DNA of 43,914 bases from Candidatus Moranbacteria bacterium RIFCSPHIGHO2_02_FULL_40_12b (GCA_001784725.1 MFRX01000034.1:657-44570), one strand, 5' to 3'. Numbered from the stretch's first letter, positions 1 through 8,716 are shown. Notes: generated by a model from the sequence alone, not told the origin. Program-made: numbers and translations.

Positions 1-722
1 AGGGGGAAAGAATCGGCCAAAATTTGCTTGAAATTGAAAAATATTTCAGCGATAAAAATTATGATTACGAAATTCTGGTAATCGTGGACGGTTCACCGGA
101 TAATACCGCCGAGATTGCGAAAAATTATTCCGGACAGGTCAGGAACCTCCGAGTCATTAAAAACCCGGAAAATCGCGGCAAGGGCTATGTCGTGCGGCAG
201 GGACTTTTGGAAGCCAGAGGGAAATACCGCGTGTTTTTGGACGCTGACGGTTCCACTTCAATTAACCACTTGGATAAATTTCTCCCCGAATTTGAAAATG
301 GCTATGATGTGATAATCGGTTCCCGCGACATTGAAGGCGCTTTTATCCAAATCCATCAGCCGAAACACCGCGAAATTATGGGCAATATGGGAAACTGGCT
401 GATTCGGATTACCCTCGGACTTTGGAAATATCCGGACACCCAGTGCGGATTTAAAATGCTGACGGACAAATCCGCGCGAGAAATCGCCAGCCGGATGGTG
501 GTTGACCGCTTTGGATTCGATTTTGAACTGATAATTTTGGCTAAGGAGTTAGGATTCAAAATCAAACAGATGCCAGTCAGGTGGCTTAATGAAGAGGGCT
601 CAACTGTGGGACTCACCGGCCCGAACGGATTTATTCAGGTACTGATTGATTTATTCAAGACGAAGTGGCGGCTGATGACCAATAAATATAATATAACTAA
701 ACAACCTATAACCAACATTTGA
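1..722 (+). CDS. Family-2 glycosyltransferase (dolichyl-phosphate/polyprenol-phosphate sugar transferase-like), 5'-truncated by window edge
   Basis: The frame is open from base 3. GT2 motifs are present: VDGSPDNT, LDADG, the GSR...QCGFK region. The listed TTG at 24 is probably internal. Confidence 0.8.
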   Translation, partial: GERIGQNLLEIEKYFSDKNYDYEILVIVDGSPDNTAEIAKNYSGQVRNLRVIKNPENRGKGYVVRQGLLEARGKYRVFLDADGSTSINHLDKFLPEFENGYDVIIGSRDIEGAFIQIHQPKHREIMGNMGNWLIRITLGLWKYPDTQCGFKMLTDKSAREIASRMVVDRFGFDFELIILAKELGFKIKQMPVRWLNEEGSTVGLTGPNGFIQVLIDLFKTKWRLMTNKYNITKQPITNI

Positions 723-864
723 CATTTGACCATTGACCACTGACATTTAACATTTAACTATTGACCATTGACGTTTGACGAATTTAAAATAAAAAATTCC
801 TCCCTTTAGAAAAGGGAGGTTAAGAGGGATTAGAAAAATATACGGTAACATAATAATATTACTT

Positions 865-922
865 AAGGTTCAACCTTGAGGAGGATCCGCCGGCCGGCGG
901 AGACGGGAAAAGGTTGAACCTT
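865..922. repeat. 58-bp palindromic element, copy A (aaggttcaacctt ... aaggttgaacctt with internal ccgcc-ggcc-ggcgg hairpin)
   Basis: 13-nt terminal inverted repeats at 865-877 and 910-922. It is the near-identical reverse complement of the copy at 1993-2050. Confidence 0.85.
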
Positions 923-980
923 GAAAAAAACTTCGCAATTAGTGGATTAGAATTTATTCGCGGATTAGCATCGTATTTAA

Positions 981-1994
981 ATGGAAACAAAAAATAAAAC
1001 ACATTCCAGCGAACTTCGCCAGGATTTGATTACCGGCGACTGGGTGGTGATCGCCACCGGACGCGCCAAAAGACCGGAGGATTTCGTTAAAAACAGCCGC
1101 ATCATTTCGGAAAACAATGTCTCCGAATGTTTATTCTGCGATCCGGAAAAATCAGGCCAGGAAAAAGATATTCTGATATACAAGGACAAAAACGGCGACT
1201 GGACGCTGCGGGTTTTTCCCAACAAATATCCGGCTTTTATCGGCGGCAAGCCGCAATCCCTGGAAGAAGGGCCATATTTCGCGATGACTGGGGCGGGATT
1301 TCACGAAGTAATCGTGACTAGAGATCATCATAAACAGGCAGCGTTAATGGAGACCATGGAAATCGTGGAGGTTTTTGACGCCTATCAGGAAAGATATCTT
1401 GATTTGATGAATAAAAAGGATGTCAATTATATCAGCATTTTTCACAATCACGGAAAAGAGGCCGGGGCGTCAATCGCCCATCCCCATTCGCAGCTTATGG
1501 CGATTCCGGTTATTTCTCCTTACGTTGAACTGGAACTGGACGGTTCGGAAAAATATCACCGGCAAAACAGGCACTGCGTTTTCTGCGTGATCGCGGAATA
1601 TGAAAGCAAAGTTAAGAAAAGAGTCGTTTTTGAAAACGAAAAATTTATCGCCTATTGCCCTTTTGCCTCGCGCGCCGCGTTTGAGGTCTGGGTAGTCCCC
1701 AAAAAACATTCGCCTTATTTTGAAAGAACCGCCAGTGAGGGAAAAATTTCCCTCGCGGAGGTTTTCGGAAAAGCGTTGCATTCCATTTATAAAGCGCTCG
1801 GCGATCCGGCGTATAATTTCTACATCCACACTTCGCCCTGCGACGGAAAGGACTATCCCCATTTCCATTGGCACCTTGAAATACTTCCTCACACGGCTGT
1901 TTGGGCGGGGTTTGAACTCCAGACGGGCATAGAGATTTCCACCATACCGCCGGAAGCGGCGGCGGAATTTTTGCGTAGCCGACAGAATCTTTAA
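981..1994 (+). CDS. galT: Galactose-1-phosphate uridylyltransferase-type HIT-superfamily nucleotidyltransferase
   Basis: CxxC (CLFCDPE), FPNKYPA, and the active-site motif HPHSQL. The duplicated half-domain has FHWHLEI. Confidence 0.8.
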   Translation: METKNKTHSSELRQDLITGDWVVIATGRAKRPEDFVKNSRIISENNVSECLFCDPEKSGQEKDILIYKDKNGDWTLRVFPNKYPAFIGGKPQSLEEGPYFAMTGAGFHEVIVTRDHHKQAALMETMEIVEVFDAYQERYLDLMNKKDVNYISIFHNHGKEAGASIAHPHSQLMAIPVISPYVELELDGSEKYHRQNRHCVFCVIAEYESKVKKRVVFENEKFIAYCPFASRAAFEVWVVPKKHSPYFERTASEGKISLAEVFGKALHSIYKALGDPAYNFYIHTSPCDGKDYPHFHWHLEILPHTAVWAGFELQTGIEISTIPPEAAAEFLRSRQNL

Positions 1995-2050
1995 GGTTCA
2001 ACCTTTCCCCGTCTCCGCCAGTCGGCGGATTCTCCTCAAGGTTGAACCTT
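1993..2050. repeat. 58-bp palindromic element, copy B (inverted relative to copy A)
   Basis: aaggttcaacctt at 1993-2005 and aaggttgaacctt at 2038-2050. The inner segment is the reverse complement of copy A's inner segment. It overlaps the galT stop codon. Confidence 0.85.
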
Positions 2051-2096
2051 GAATTAAAATCCGTTAATCCGTTAGTTATGTAATTCGCTTTTTATT

Positions 2097-2576
2097 ATGC
2101 ACGATTTTATCATAAATTTATTAAAGGGTTTCCCCAAAGAACTCGCGACATTTTTAATCGCATTGATTCCCGTCACGGAACTGCGGGCATCCATACCTAT
2201 AGCTTATAGGGTCTACGGTCTTTCCGCTTTTTCCGCCTGGCTTTGGTCGGCACTGGGAGTTTTTTTCGCCATGATAGTAATAGTTTTTCTTCTGGATCCC
2301 ATAGCGGCTTTTCTTTCAAAACATTTTTCCATTTTTGAAAAATTTTTCCGCTGGCTGTTTGAACACACGCGCCGAAGAACCAACGGGAAAATGGAAAAAT
2401 ACGGCGAGTGGGCTATTTTCATTTTAGCGGCCACTCCCGTGCCGTTTATCGGAGGGCTCACCGGCGCGCTGGCGGCGTTCGTGTTCGGAATTAATTGGAA
2501 AAAATCGCTGCCTTTGTTGCTATTCGGCACGATGGTTGCGGGAGGAATAGTTTTAGGGATAACAATATATTTGTAA
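2097..2576 (+). CDS. Small integral membrane protein (small multidrug-export-like, COG2426-like)
   Basis: Four predicted TM segments. The conserved PVTELRASIP-type N-terminus is typical of this family. Confidence 0.55.
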   Translation: MHDFIINLLKGFPKELATFLIALIPVTELRASIPIAYRVYGLSAFSAWLWSALGVFFAMIVIVFLLDPIAAFLSKHFSIFEKFFRWLFEHTRRRTNGKMEKYGEWAIFILAATPVPFIGGLTGALAAFVFGINWKKSLPLLLFGTMVAGGIVLGITIYL

Positions 2577-2689
2577 ATTTTGTAATTTTTAATTTTGTAA
2601 TTTTTAAATAATGCTTTAATTTTTAATGTTTAAAAATTTAGAAATTAATATTTATTTATAAAATTAAAAATTCAAAAATTAAAAATTAA

Positions 2690-3451
2690 ATGAAAAAGCT
2701 AGTCATAGGAAATCTAAAAATGAACTTATTAAGTCCGCAAGAACGGGAACGGTATTTAGAATTCCTTTCAAAAGAATTACAGGGTAAAAAACTAAAAAAT
2801 ACGGAAATAGTTGTTTGTCCGCCTTTCGTGCATATTGAGAGTTTCGTAAAATCAGTGGGGAAAAAAGTCAGAATTGGTTCCCAAAATATTTTCTGGGAAG
2901 AAAAAGGAGCGTATACCGGAGAAACTTCGCCTGTTATGCTCAAGAATATAAAGGCGCAATATGCCATTATCGGGCATAGTGAAAGGAGAAGATATTTTGG
3001 AGAGACGAATGAAACAATTAATTTAAAACTTAAATCGGCTCTTAGAGCGGGACTTACGCCTATTTTCTGCGTCGGAGAAACAAAGGAGGAAAAAGGGATG
3101 GATATGACAATGGATGTGATAGTTCGCCAGATTCAGGAAGGATTAAAAGATATTTCCCGCGTTCTTATTGAAAAAATAGTTATTGTTTATGAACCAGTGT
3201 GGGCGGTGGGAAGCGATGTAATTCCAACAAGCAATGAAATAATGGGAGCGAAACTTCTCATCAGGAAAATTCTGACGGAAAAATATGGGGCAAAATATGT
3301 TGAAAAAATAAGAGTCATTTACGGCGGTTCCGTGAACGCGAAATGGGCAAAACAGGTCTGCGTCGATCCGGAAATGGACGGAGTGCTGGTTGGCCGCGAA
3401 TCGCTTGTGCCGCATGAGTTTGTAAAAATAGCAAGTATCATTAACGGATAA
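2690..3451 (+). CDS. tpiA: Triosephosphate isomerase
   Basis: GNLKMN, IIGHSERR, VYEPVWAVGS, YGGSV motifs. Confidence 0.95.
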   Translation: MKKLVIGNLKMNLLSPQERERYLEFLSKELQGKKLKNTEIVVCPPFVHIESFVKSVGKKVRIGSQNIFWEEKGAYTGETSPVMLKNIKAQYAIIGHSERRRYFGETNETINLKLKSALRAGLTPIFCVGETKEEKGMDMTMDVIVRQIQEGLKDISRVLIEKIVIVYEPVWAVGSDVIPTSNEIMGAKLLIRKILTEKYGAKYVEKIRVIYGGSVNAKWAKQVCVDPEMDGVLVGRESLVPHEFVKIASIING

Positions 3452-3573
3452 CTAATATAAATATAATTTCTATCTTTACGAATTACTAATCAAGTACGAA
3501 TATACTAATTACAAATAAAGCAAAATTCGTATATTAGTAAATAAATTAGTAATTAGTAAAGACAAAACATACG

Positions 3574-4434
3574 ATTACATCTGTAAAAGAAATTCTGACC
3601 AAAGCCAAAGAAGGCGGATACGCCGTCGGGGCTTTTAACACTTTTAATCTGGAGACGACGCGGGCGATAATTGAAGGAGCGAAGGAAATGCGCTCGCCGG
3701 TTATCGTCCAAATAACCGAAAAGACGATGGAATACGGCGGAGGGCGGGGAATGTTCCATCTGGTGAAAAACGACGCCGAATTCTATTCTCCCGAAATTCC
3801 GGTCGGAATCCATCTGGATCACGGAAAAAGTTTTGATATAATTCAGCGAGCGGTGGAAATTGGTTATAAGTCGGTAATGTATGACGGTTCCCGGCTAAAG
3901 TACGAAGATAATCTAATGGTGACTAAAAAAGTGGTTGACTTTTGCCATCAAAGAGAAGTTTGCGTTCAGGGTGAACTGGGAAATGTTCCTTATTTGGGCG
4001 AAGCGGAAATGGGGGAAGTTGATTGGGAAAAATATATGACCGACCCGGGACAGGCCGAGGACTTTGTCAAAAAGACAGGAGTGGATATTTTAGCCGTGGC
4101 GATCGGCAACGCTCATGGATTTTTTAAGGAAAGAAAAGAACCGGATTACGATCGCCTTCAAATGATAAATAATACCCTGGGCATTCCGCTGGTTTTGCAC
4201 GGCGCCTCGGACTGGGAAAACGGGCGGGTCATAGAAGTTATTAAAAGAGGCATTGCCTGCTTTAATATTGATACCGCCCTGCGCTTGGCTTTTATTAATA
4301 ACTTAATAAACGCTTTGCAGAAAAGGGAAGGAACTTCCTTTGACGTGAGGGAACTTTTGGGAAACGCCCGCGAAGCCGTCAAAAGGACAGTCAAGGAGAA
4401 AATAAAATTTTTCGGAAGTGATGGAAAAGCATGA
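3574..4434 (+). CDS. fba: Class II fructose-bisphosphate aldolase (start codon uncertain, non-canonical)
   Basis: HLDHG, GELG, AIGNAHG, LVLHGASD motifs. The conserved N-terminus (VKEILTKAKEGGYAVGAFN) lies upstream of the first ATG (3688). The frame opens at 3553 with no ATG/GTG/TTG before 3688, so ATT 3574 is the best guess. Confidence 0.85.
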   Translation: MTSVKEILTKAKEGGYAVGAFNTFNLETTRAIIEGAKEMRSPVIVQITEKTMEYGGGRGMFHLVKNDAEFYSPEIPVGIHLDHGKSFDIIQRAVEIGYKSVMYDGSRLKYEDNLMVTKKVVDFCHQREVCVQGELGNVPYLGEAEMGEVDWEKYMTDPGQAEDFVKKTGVDILAVAIGNAHGFFKERKEPDYDRLQMINNTLGIPLVLHGASDWENGRVIEVIKRGIACFNIDTALRLAFINNLINALQKREGTSFDVRELLGNAREAVKRTVKEKIKFFGSDGKA

Positions 4435-4572
4435 TGCGAATTAGAATGCGAATTAAATTCGAATAATACGAATGTATTCTTATTTATGTATATACACGAG
4501 TACGTATTTTTTAAAGTGTGGTATAATTAATTCGTATTTAAATTCGAGTGTAATTTGAATAAAAATTCGTAT

Positions 4573-4776
4573 ATGTGTTTGACTATTCCCAAAAAAGTCC
4601 TGTCAGTAAAGAAAAATATTGCAGTGGTTAAGAATCCGCTTGGTAAAAAACAGGAGCTGAAGTCAATAATAAAAGTAAGAAAAGGGGATTATGTTTTATC
4701 CCAGCAAAATGTTATAATCCAAAAAATCGGTAAAAGGCAGGCGGAGGAGTTGTTAGGATTATTGAAAGGAAAATAA
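4573..4776 (+). CDS. hypC: [NiFe]-hydrogenase maturation chaperone HypC/HupF family
   Basis: The N-terminus MCLTIP places the essential Cys at residue 2. Size is about 67 aa. The start was moved to ATG 4573 from the listed TTG 4555. Confidence 0.8.
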   Translation: MCLTIPKKVLSVKKNIAVVKNPLGKKQELKSIIKVRKGDYVLSQQNVIIQKIGKRQAEELLGLLKGK

Positions 4777-4793
4777 TTAAAGTTTGTAAGAGA

Positions 4794-4882
4794 TTCCCCC
4801 TTTGTAAAAGGGGGAAGTGAAGGGGGATTTTTAAAAATCCCTCCCTCCGCTTTGCGGAGTACTCCCTTTATAAAAGGGAGAT
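4794..4882. repeat. Composite palindromic repeat (ttccccctttgtaaaaggggga + gaagggggattttta + ...), intergenic copy
   Basis: The first ~40 nt are nearly identical to a sequence inside miaB (35165-35205, opposite strand). A related copy lies at 799-831. Confidence 0.8.
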
Positions 4883-4897
4883 AATAAATTTGTTTAT

Positions 4898-5806
4898 ATG
4901 ATCACAAAATACAAAGGTTATTTTTTGGTACTAGGAACGGCTTTTATTTCCGGCTTTTCTATTTTTATCAATAAGTTTGGTGTTTCAGCAATCAATCCCT
5001 ATATTTTTACATTTCTCAAAAACGCGATAGTGGCATTGCTTTTGTGCGCAATTATCTTTTCGGCTAAAAATTTTTCACTGCTTAAATCAATCAAGAAAAA
5101 ACAATGGGGATTACTGGCGCTTATCGGAATAATCGGCGGCGGAATTCCGTTTTTATTGTTTTTCAAAGGACTATCTCTCACCAGCGCGGCGGGAGCGTCA
5201 TTTGTCCATAAAACAATGTTCATTTGGATTTTTATTTTAGCGGCGCTGTTTCTTAAAGAAAAAATTAAAAAAGAATATATTTTGGCTGGAGCGTTATTAT
5301 TGGCGGGAAATTTACTGCTTCTCAAAATTTCTTCCGTCAGTTTTGATACGGGATCTTTTTTAGTATTTCTGGCAACTCTTTTCTGGGCAGTGGAAAGCGT
5401 GGTTTCAAAGCATATTCTCAAGGAAATTCCGCCGCGCGTTGTGATGTGGGCGAGAATGTTTTTCGGATCGCTTGTCATTTTATTTTTTCTCATTTTTACC
5501 GGACAGGCCGCGCTTCTCGCCAAATTAAACCTTCAGCAGATTAGCTGGGCGATGATTACCGGAGCCGTTTTGCTGGGATATGTAGCGACCTGGTATTCGG
5601 GATTAAAATATATCAAGGTCTCCGAAGCGGCAGTGATTCTCGCGCTGGGATCGCCGATCACCACATTGCTTACGGCTGTATTTTCTAATCCAGTCGGTCT
5701 GAAAGAATATTTTAGTTCAGTATTAATATTTTTGGGAGTCATAGCCATATTCGGAATAAGAAATATTTATAAAACAATAGGAAAATTAAAATTTTCAACA
5801 AGATAA
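4898..5806 (+). CDS. EamA/DMT-family transporter
   Basis: About 10 TM segments arranged as two EamA-like halves. Confidence 0.75.
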   Translation: MITKYKGYFLVLGTAFISGFSIFINKFGVSAINPYIFTFLKNAIVALLLCAIIFSAKNFSLLKSIKKKQWGLLALIGIIGGGIPFLLFFKGLSLTSAAGASFVHKTMFIWIFILAALFLKEKIKKEYILAGALLLAGNLLLLKISSVSFDTGSFLVFLATLFWAVESVVSKHILKEIPPRVVMWARMFFGSLVILFFLIFTGQAALLAKLNLQQISWAMITGAVLLGYVATWYSGLKYIKVSEAAVILALGSPITTLLTAVFSNPVGLKEYFSSVLIFLGVIAIFGIRNIYKTIGKLKFSTR

Positions 5807-5830
5807 TAGTTTTTTAAAAAGGAGAAAATT

Positions 5831-6556
5831 ATGAAAAAAAATGCATCTGGCGCGAAACTGGCCTTGCGATACGGTTATGTCCCTTGCCGCTTGGGATTGT
5901 GCGGTCCGGAAGATAAGGGAGAAAAAAAAATTATTATGAATTATCTTTATGGCAAAGATAAGCTGGAATTCGCGGCCAGAAAAATATTAAAAAAATTCAA
6001 AGGCGCGCATCCCTACTACCAATTAATCGCGAAAGCCAGTAAGATTTCCAATCCGCTTGACCAAAAAGTGGTGGAGGCGTATTGGATTGGCAACGGACTT
6101 TTGGATAAAATCAGGATTTCGGAGTTGAAAAAAATGATGACGGAAAAATTTCTGCCATTGGGAAAAATATCTTTGGCAAAGATAAAAAATCTTCCGCCGC
6201 GATCCGTCGCTCATCACAATTTCCATATACTTTTTATCGGTTCGGTTACCGGACGCTTTGAGGCCAATGAAGCGGGGCAGGATATTTGCCGGGTGAGCTG
6301 GGGGAAAGTGATAAGCATTAAAAAAGACAAGATTGTCGTTGAGAGGCAGCCGCTGAAATTTGGAAAAAAAATTTCACTTGACAAACCGGCTGTAAGGGCG
6401 GTATTCTGGGACAGAAAAATCCTGCCGGAGGTGGAAGAAAATGACGTGGTTTCCATCCACTGGAACCACGCCATTGAAAAATTATCCCCGCGCCAGATCA
6501 CGAATATTAAAAAATATACCGGCGATGTCTTAAAAATCATAAATCAAAGGAGGTAA
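5831..6556 (+). CDS. Conserved hypothetical protein (YGYVPCRLGLCGP N-terminal motif); located in the hyp/hydrogenase neighbourhood
   Basis: Long ORF with a GGAG-type RBS. No catalytic motif was recognised by eye. Confidence 0.5.
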   Translation: MKKNASGAKLALRYGYVPCRLGLCGPEDKGEKKIIMNYLYGKDKLEFAARKILKKFKGAHPYYQLIAKASKISNPLDQKVVEAYWIGNGLLDKIRISELKKMMTEKFLPLGKISLAKIKNLPPRSVAHHNFHILFIGSVTGRFEANEAGQDICRVSWGKVISIKKDKIVVERQPLKFGKKISLDKPAVRAVFWDRKILPEVEENDVVSIHWNHAIEKLSPRQITNIKKYTGDVLKIINQRR

Positions 6557-6558
6557 TT

Positions 6559-6714
6559 ATGGATTCTAGGGTAGTAGCTTGTCCCTCGAAGGGATGCCAG
6601 AGCGTGAAGAAATTCGGCGTATGGAAAGAACTGGAATGGCAGGATAAAGTCAATATGGGGAAGCACGGAGTCGTAGGCGAAAAATGCCCAATGCACAGAG
6701 AAAAAAATAACTAA
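6559..6714 (+). CDS. Small Cys/His-containing protein, 51 aa (MDSRVVACPSKGCQS...EKCPMHREKNN)
   Basis: Not in the ORF track because it is under 60 aa. A strong SD (aaggagg, 6547-6553) lies 5 nt before the ATG. The ORF starts 2 nt after the upstream stop. It has a CxxxxC ... CxxH pattern and is followed by a terminator. Confidence 0.55.
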   Translation: MDSRVVACPSKGCQSVKKFGVWKELEWQDKVNMGKHGVVGEKCPMHREKNN

Positions 6715-6724
6715 ACGCAAAAAA

Positions 6725-6745
6725 GGATGGCACTGCCATCCTTTT
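6725..6745 (+). terminator. Rho-independent terminator
   Basis: Stem ggatggc/gccatcc with loop act, followed by tttt. Confidence 0.7.
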
Positions 6746-6758
6746 AAATTTGGGCGTT

Positions 6759-6833
6759 TGGTGCCCTTGAGAGGAGTCGAACCTCTATCACAAGATCCGG
6801 AATCTTGCGTCCTATCCGTTGAACGACAAGGGC
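6759..6833 (-). tRNA. tRNA-Arg(CCG), CCA encoded
   Basis: A manual cloverleaf fold works: GCCCTTG acceptor, anticodon loop TTCCGGA, T-loop TTCGACT, 75 nt. Confidence 0.9.
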
Positions 6834-6917
6834 TTTCACTGTAACTTTAATAAACATATCACGCCGCAGTCGGGGTTTCAAGTTTTTTTATTTATAAAAA
6901 TGTGATAAAATGGCGTT

Positions 6918-7697
6918 ATGCCTGAAAAACAAAAACCAAAAATCGCCATTGTCTCGCTCACTTCCTGCGAAGGATGCCAGTTCGCCCTTTTGGATTTGGG
7001 AGAAAAGTTTTTAAATTTAATGAATCAAGCGGAGATGGTTGATCTTCGGCTCTTGGAAGACGAGGAAGATAAAGGCGAAATGCTGGATATTGGAATCGTG
7101 GAAGGCAATCCAGTGACGGATGATAATGTAAAGACCCTGTTGAATTTAAGGAAACGCTCTAAATTACTGGCAGTTCTCGGAAACTGCGCGGCTATGGGCG
7201 GAATTCCGGAAATAAAAAATTATCATAACAGAGAAACCGCGCTAAAACACGTTTATAAATATATCCAGGGAATTAACAATCCCGAAATCAGGGAAGTGGA
7301 TAATTTCGTGAAAGTGGATTTTACTTTTCCGGGATGCCCCATAACCGGCGAAGAATTTTTGAAATATTTTCCGGAACTTATCGCCGGAAAAGTTCCCCAA
7401 ATTCCAGACCAGCCGGTTTGCGTGGAATGCCGGAAAAAAGGCAACCGATGTCTGCTGTTGGATAAAAAGCCCTGCTTCGGCCCGATGATTCTCGGCGGTT
7501 GCGACGCGGTCTGTCCCACTTCCCGGATGATGTGCCAGGGTTGCCGGGGACTGCGTCCCAAAGGAAATCTGGATGCCATGCGCCACACGCTCAAAGATAT
7601 GATGACGGACGAGGAGTTTGAAAACACGGCGGAAATTTACGGATTAAAAGATGATATAGAATTTAAATCAAAAATCAAAAATCAAAATGCAAAATGA
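6918..7697 (+). CDS. [NiFe]-hydrogenase small subunit (group-3-type, Oxidored_q6-like)
   Basis: N-terminal IAIVSLTSCEGCQ, GNCAAMGG, and C-terminal Cys clusters (CVECRKKGNRC, CFGP, CDAVCP, CQGC). An extended -10 (TGaTAAAAT, 6903-6911) ends only 7 nt before the ATG. Confidence 0.85.
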   Translation: MPEKQKPKIAIVSLTSCEGCQFALLDLGEKFLNLMNQAEMVDLRLLEDEEDKGEMLDIGIVEGNPVTDDNVKTLLNLRKRSKLLAVLGNCAAMGGIPEIKNYHNRETALKHVYKYIQGINNPEIREVDNFVKVDFTFPGCPITGEEFLKYFPELIAGKVPQIPDQPVCVECRKKGNRCLLLDKKPCFGPMILGGCDAVCPTSRMMCQGCRGLRPKGNLDAMRHTLKDMMTDEEFENTAEIYGLKDDIEFKSKIKNQNAK

Positions 7698-7738
7698 CAG
7701 TGTAAAATTAAAAATTTATATAAAATTTAAAAATATTT

Positions 7739-8716
7739 ATGAAAAAGGTTTTAATCCTCATTTTTATTATAATTGTAGGATTAGGAGTTTATAAATTCAA
7801 AGACGCTATTCCGGACAGAGTGAAAAACCGTTTAGCTGTTGCGGTGAAGGAGAAGAACTGGGAGAATCTTGTGAATGTGGTGATTCCGGGAAAATGCGAT
7901 GAGCCCTTTCAATACTCCATCGGCGGCGTTGATTCCCGATTTAACATAAATCAGGAAGAACTCGCGGCTATCGCGAAAATGGCGGAAAATATCTGGGACA
8001 GCCAAACGGGCAGGAATTTGTTTGAATATAATCCGGACGCGCCGCTGAAAATTAATCTGGTTTTTGACGAAAGGCAGCAGCAGACAATGGCGGCCGAAAC
8101 GCTGGAACAAAAACTGGAGAAGCTGAAGTTGTCGGATGCCGGCTTGAAAAAACAATACGACTTAATTTACGGCGCCTATTCAAAAAAAGTAGACGCTTAT
8201 AATTCTTCGGCAAAGAAATATGAAAGCAAGCTGAATAATTATAATAAAGACGTTATTTACTGGAACCAGCAGGGAGGCGCTCCGCCGGATGAATACGACA
8301 AATTGCAAAAAAGAAAAAAAGACATGGAGGCGATGTTTAAAGACCTTGAAAAAAGAAGAAAGGAAATAAACAATCTCATCGCGGAAATGAATGCTTTGGC
8401 CAATAAGGAAAGCCAGATTGCCGGTGATTACAACTCGGCGGCGGCCACTTACCGCAGCAAGTATGGAGGAAGCCGGGAGTTTGAGAAAGGGATATATAAC
8501 GGCCAGGAAATAAATATCTACCAGTTTGAGGAAAAATCCGACCTGGAACTTACTATCGCCCATGAGCTGGGGCACGCGCTGGGCGCGGGGCATGTGGAAA
8601 ATCCGCAATCGCTCATGTATTATCTGATGGCAGACCAGAATATGGATAAACCGAAACTGACCGTGGAAGATATGAAAGCGTTATCCGAATTGGGATGCGA
8701 ATTATATCCGAATTAA
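7739..8716 (+). CDS. Membrane-anchored coiled-coil protein with C-terminal metzincin-type zinc protease motif
   Basis: N-terminal TM helix, a long K/E-rich helical region, and HELGHALGAGH (HExxHxxGxxH). Confidence 0.65.
   Translation: MKKVLILIFIIIVGLGVYKFKDAIPDRVKNRLAVAVKEKNWENLVNVVIPGKCDEPFQYSIGGVDSRFNINQEELAAIAKMAENIWDSQTGRNLFEYNPDAPLKINLVFDERQQQTMAAETLEQKLEKLKLSDAGLKKQYDLIYGAYSKKVDAYNSSAKKYESKLNNYNKDVIYWNQQGGAPPDEYDKLQKRKKDMEAMFKDLEKRRKEINNLIAEMNALANKESQIAGDYNSAAATYRSKYGGSREFEKGIYNGQEINIYQFEEKSDLELTIAHELGHALGAGHVENPQSLMYYLMADQNMDKPKLTVEDMKALSELGCELYPN

Noticed and set aside
2577-2689. AT-rich repetitive spacers (also 13604-13810, 29988-30106, 720-785) as CRISPR arrays
   Set aside because: The units are 6-9 nt degenerate words, not 25-40-nt constant repeats separated by unique spacers. 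No cas genes are present.
3553-3822. Minus-strand ORF overlapping the fba 5' region
   Set aside because: It is antisense to the conserved aldolase N-terminus and has no support of its own.
7670-7720. The shared string aaaatcaaaatgcaaaat at the 3' end of the hydrogenase small-subunit gene (7678-7697) and at the RT start (12301-12318) as a DGR-related recombination site
   Set aside because: It is part of the generic aaaat/caaaa word vocabulary of spacers. It shows no A-specific divergence and has no link to the VR/TR boundaries.
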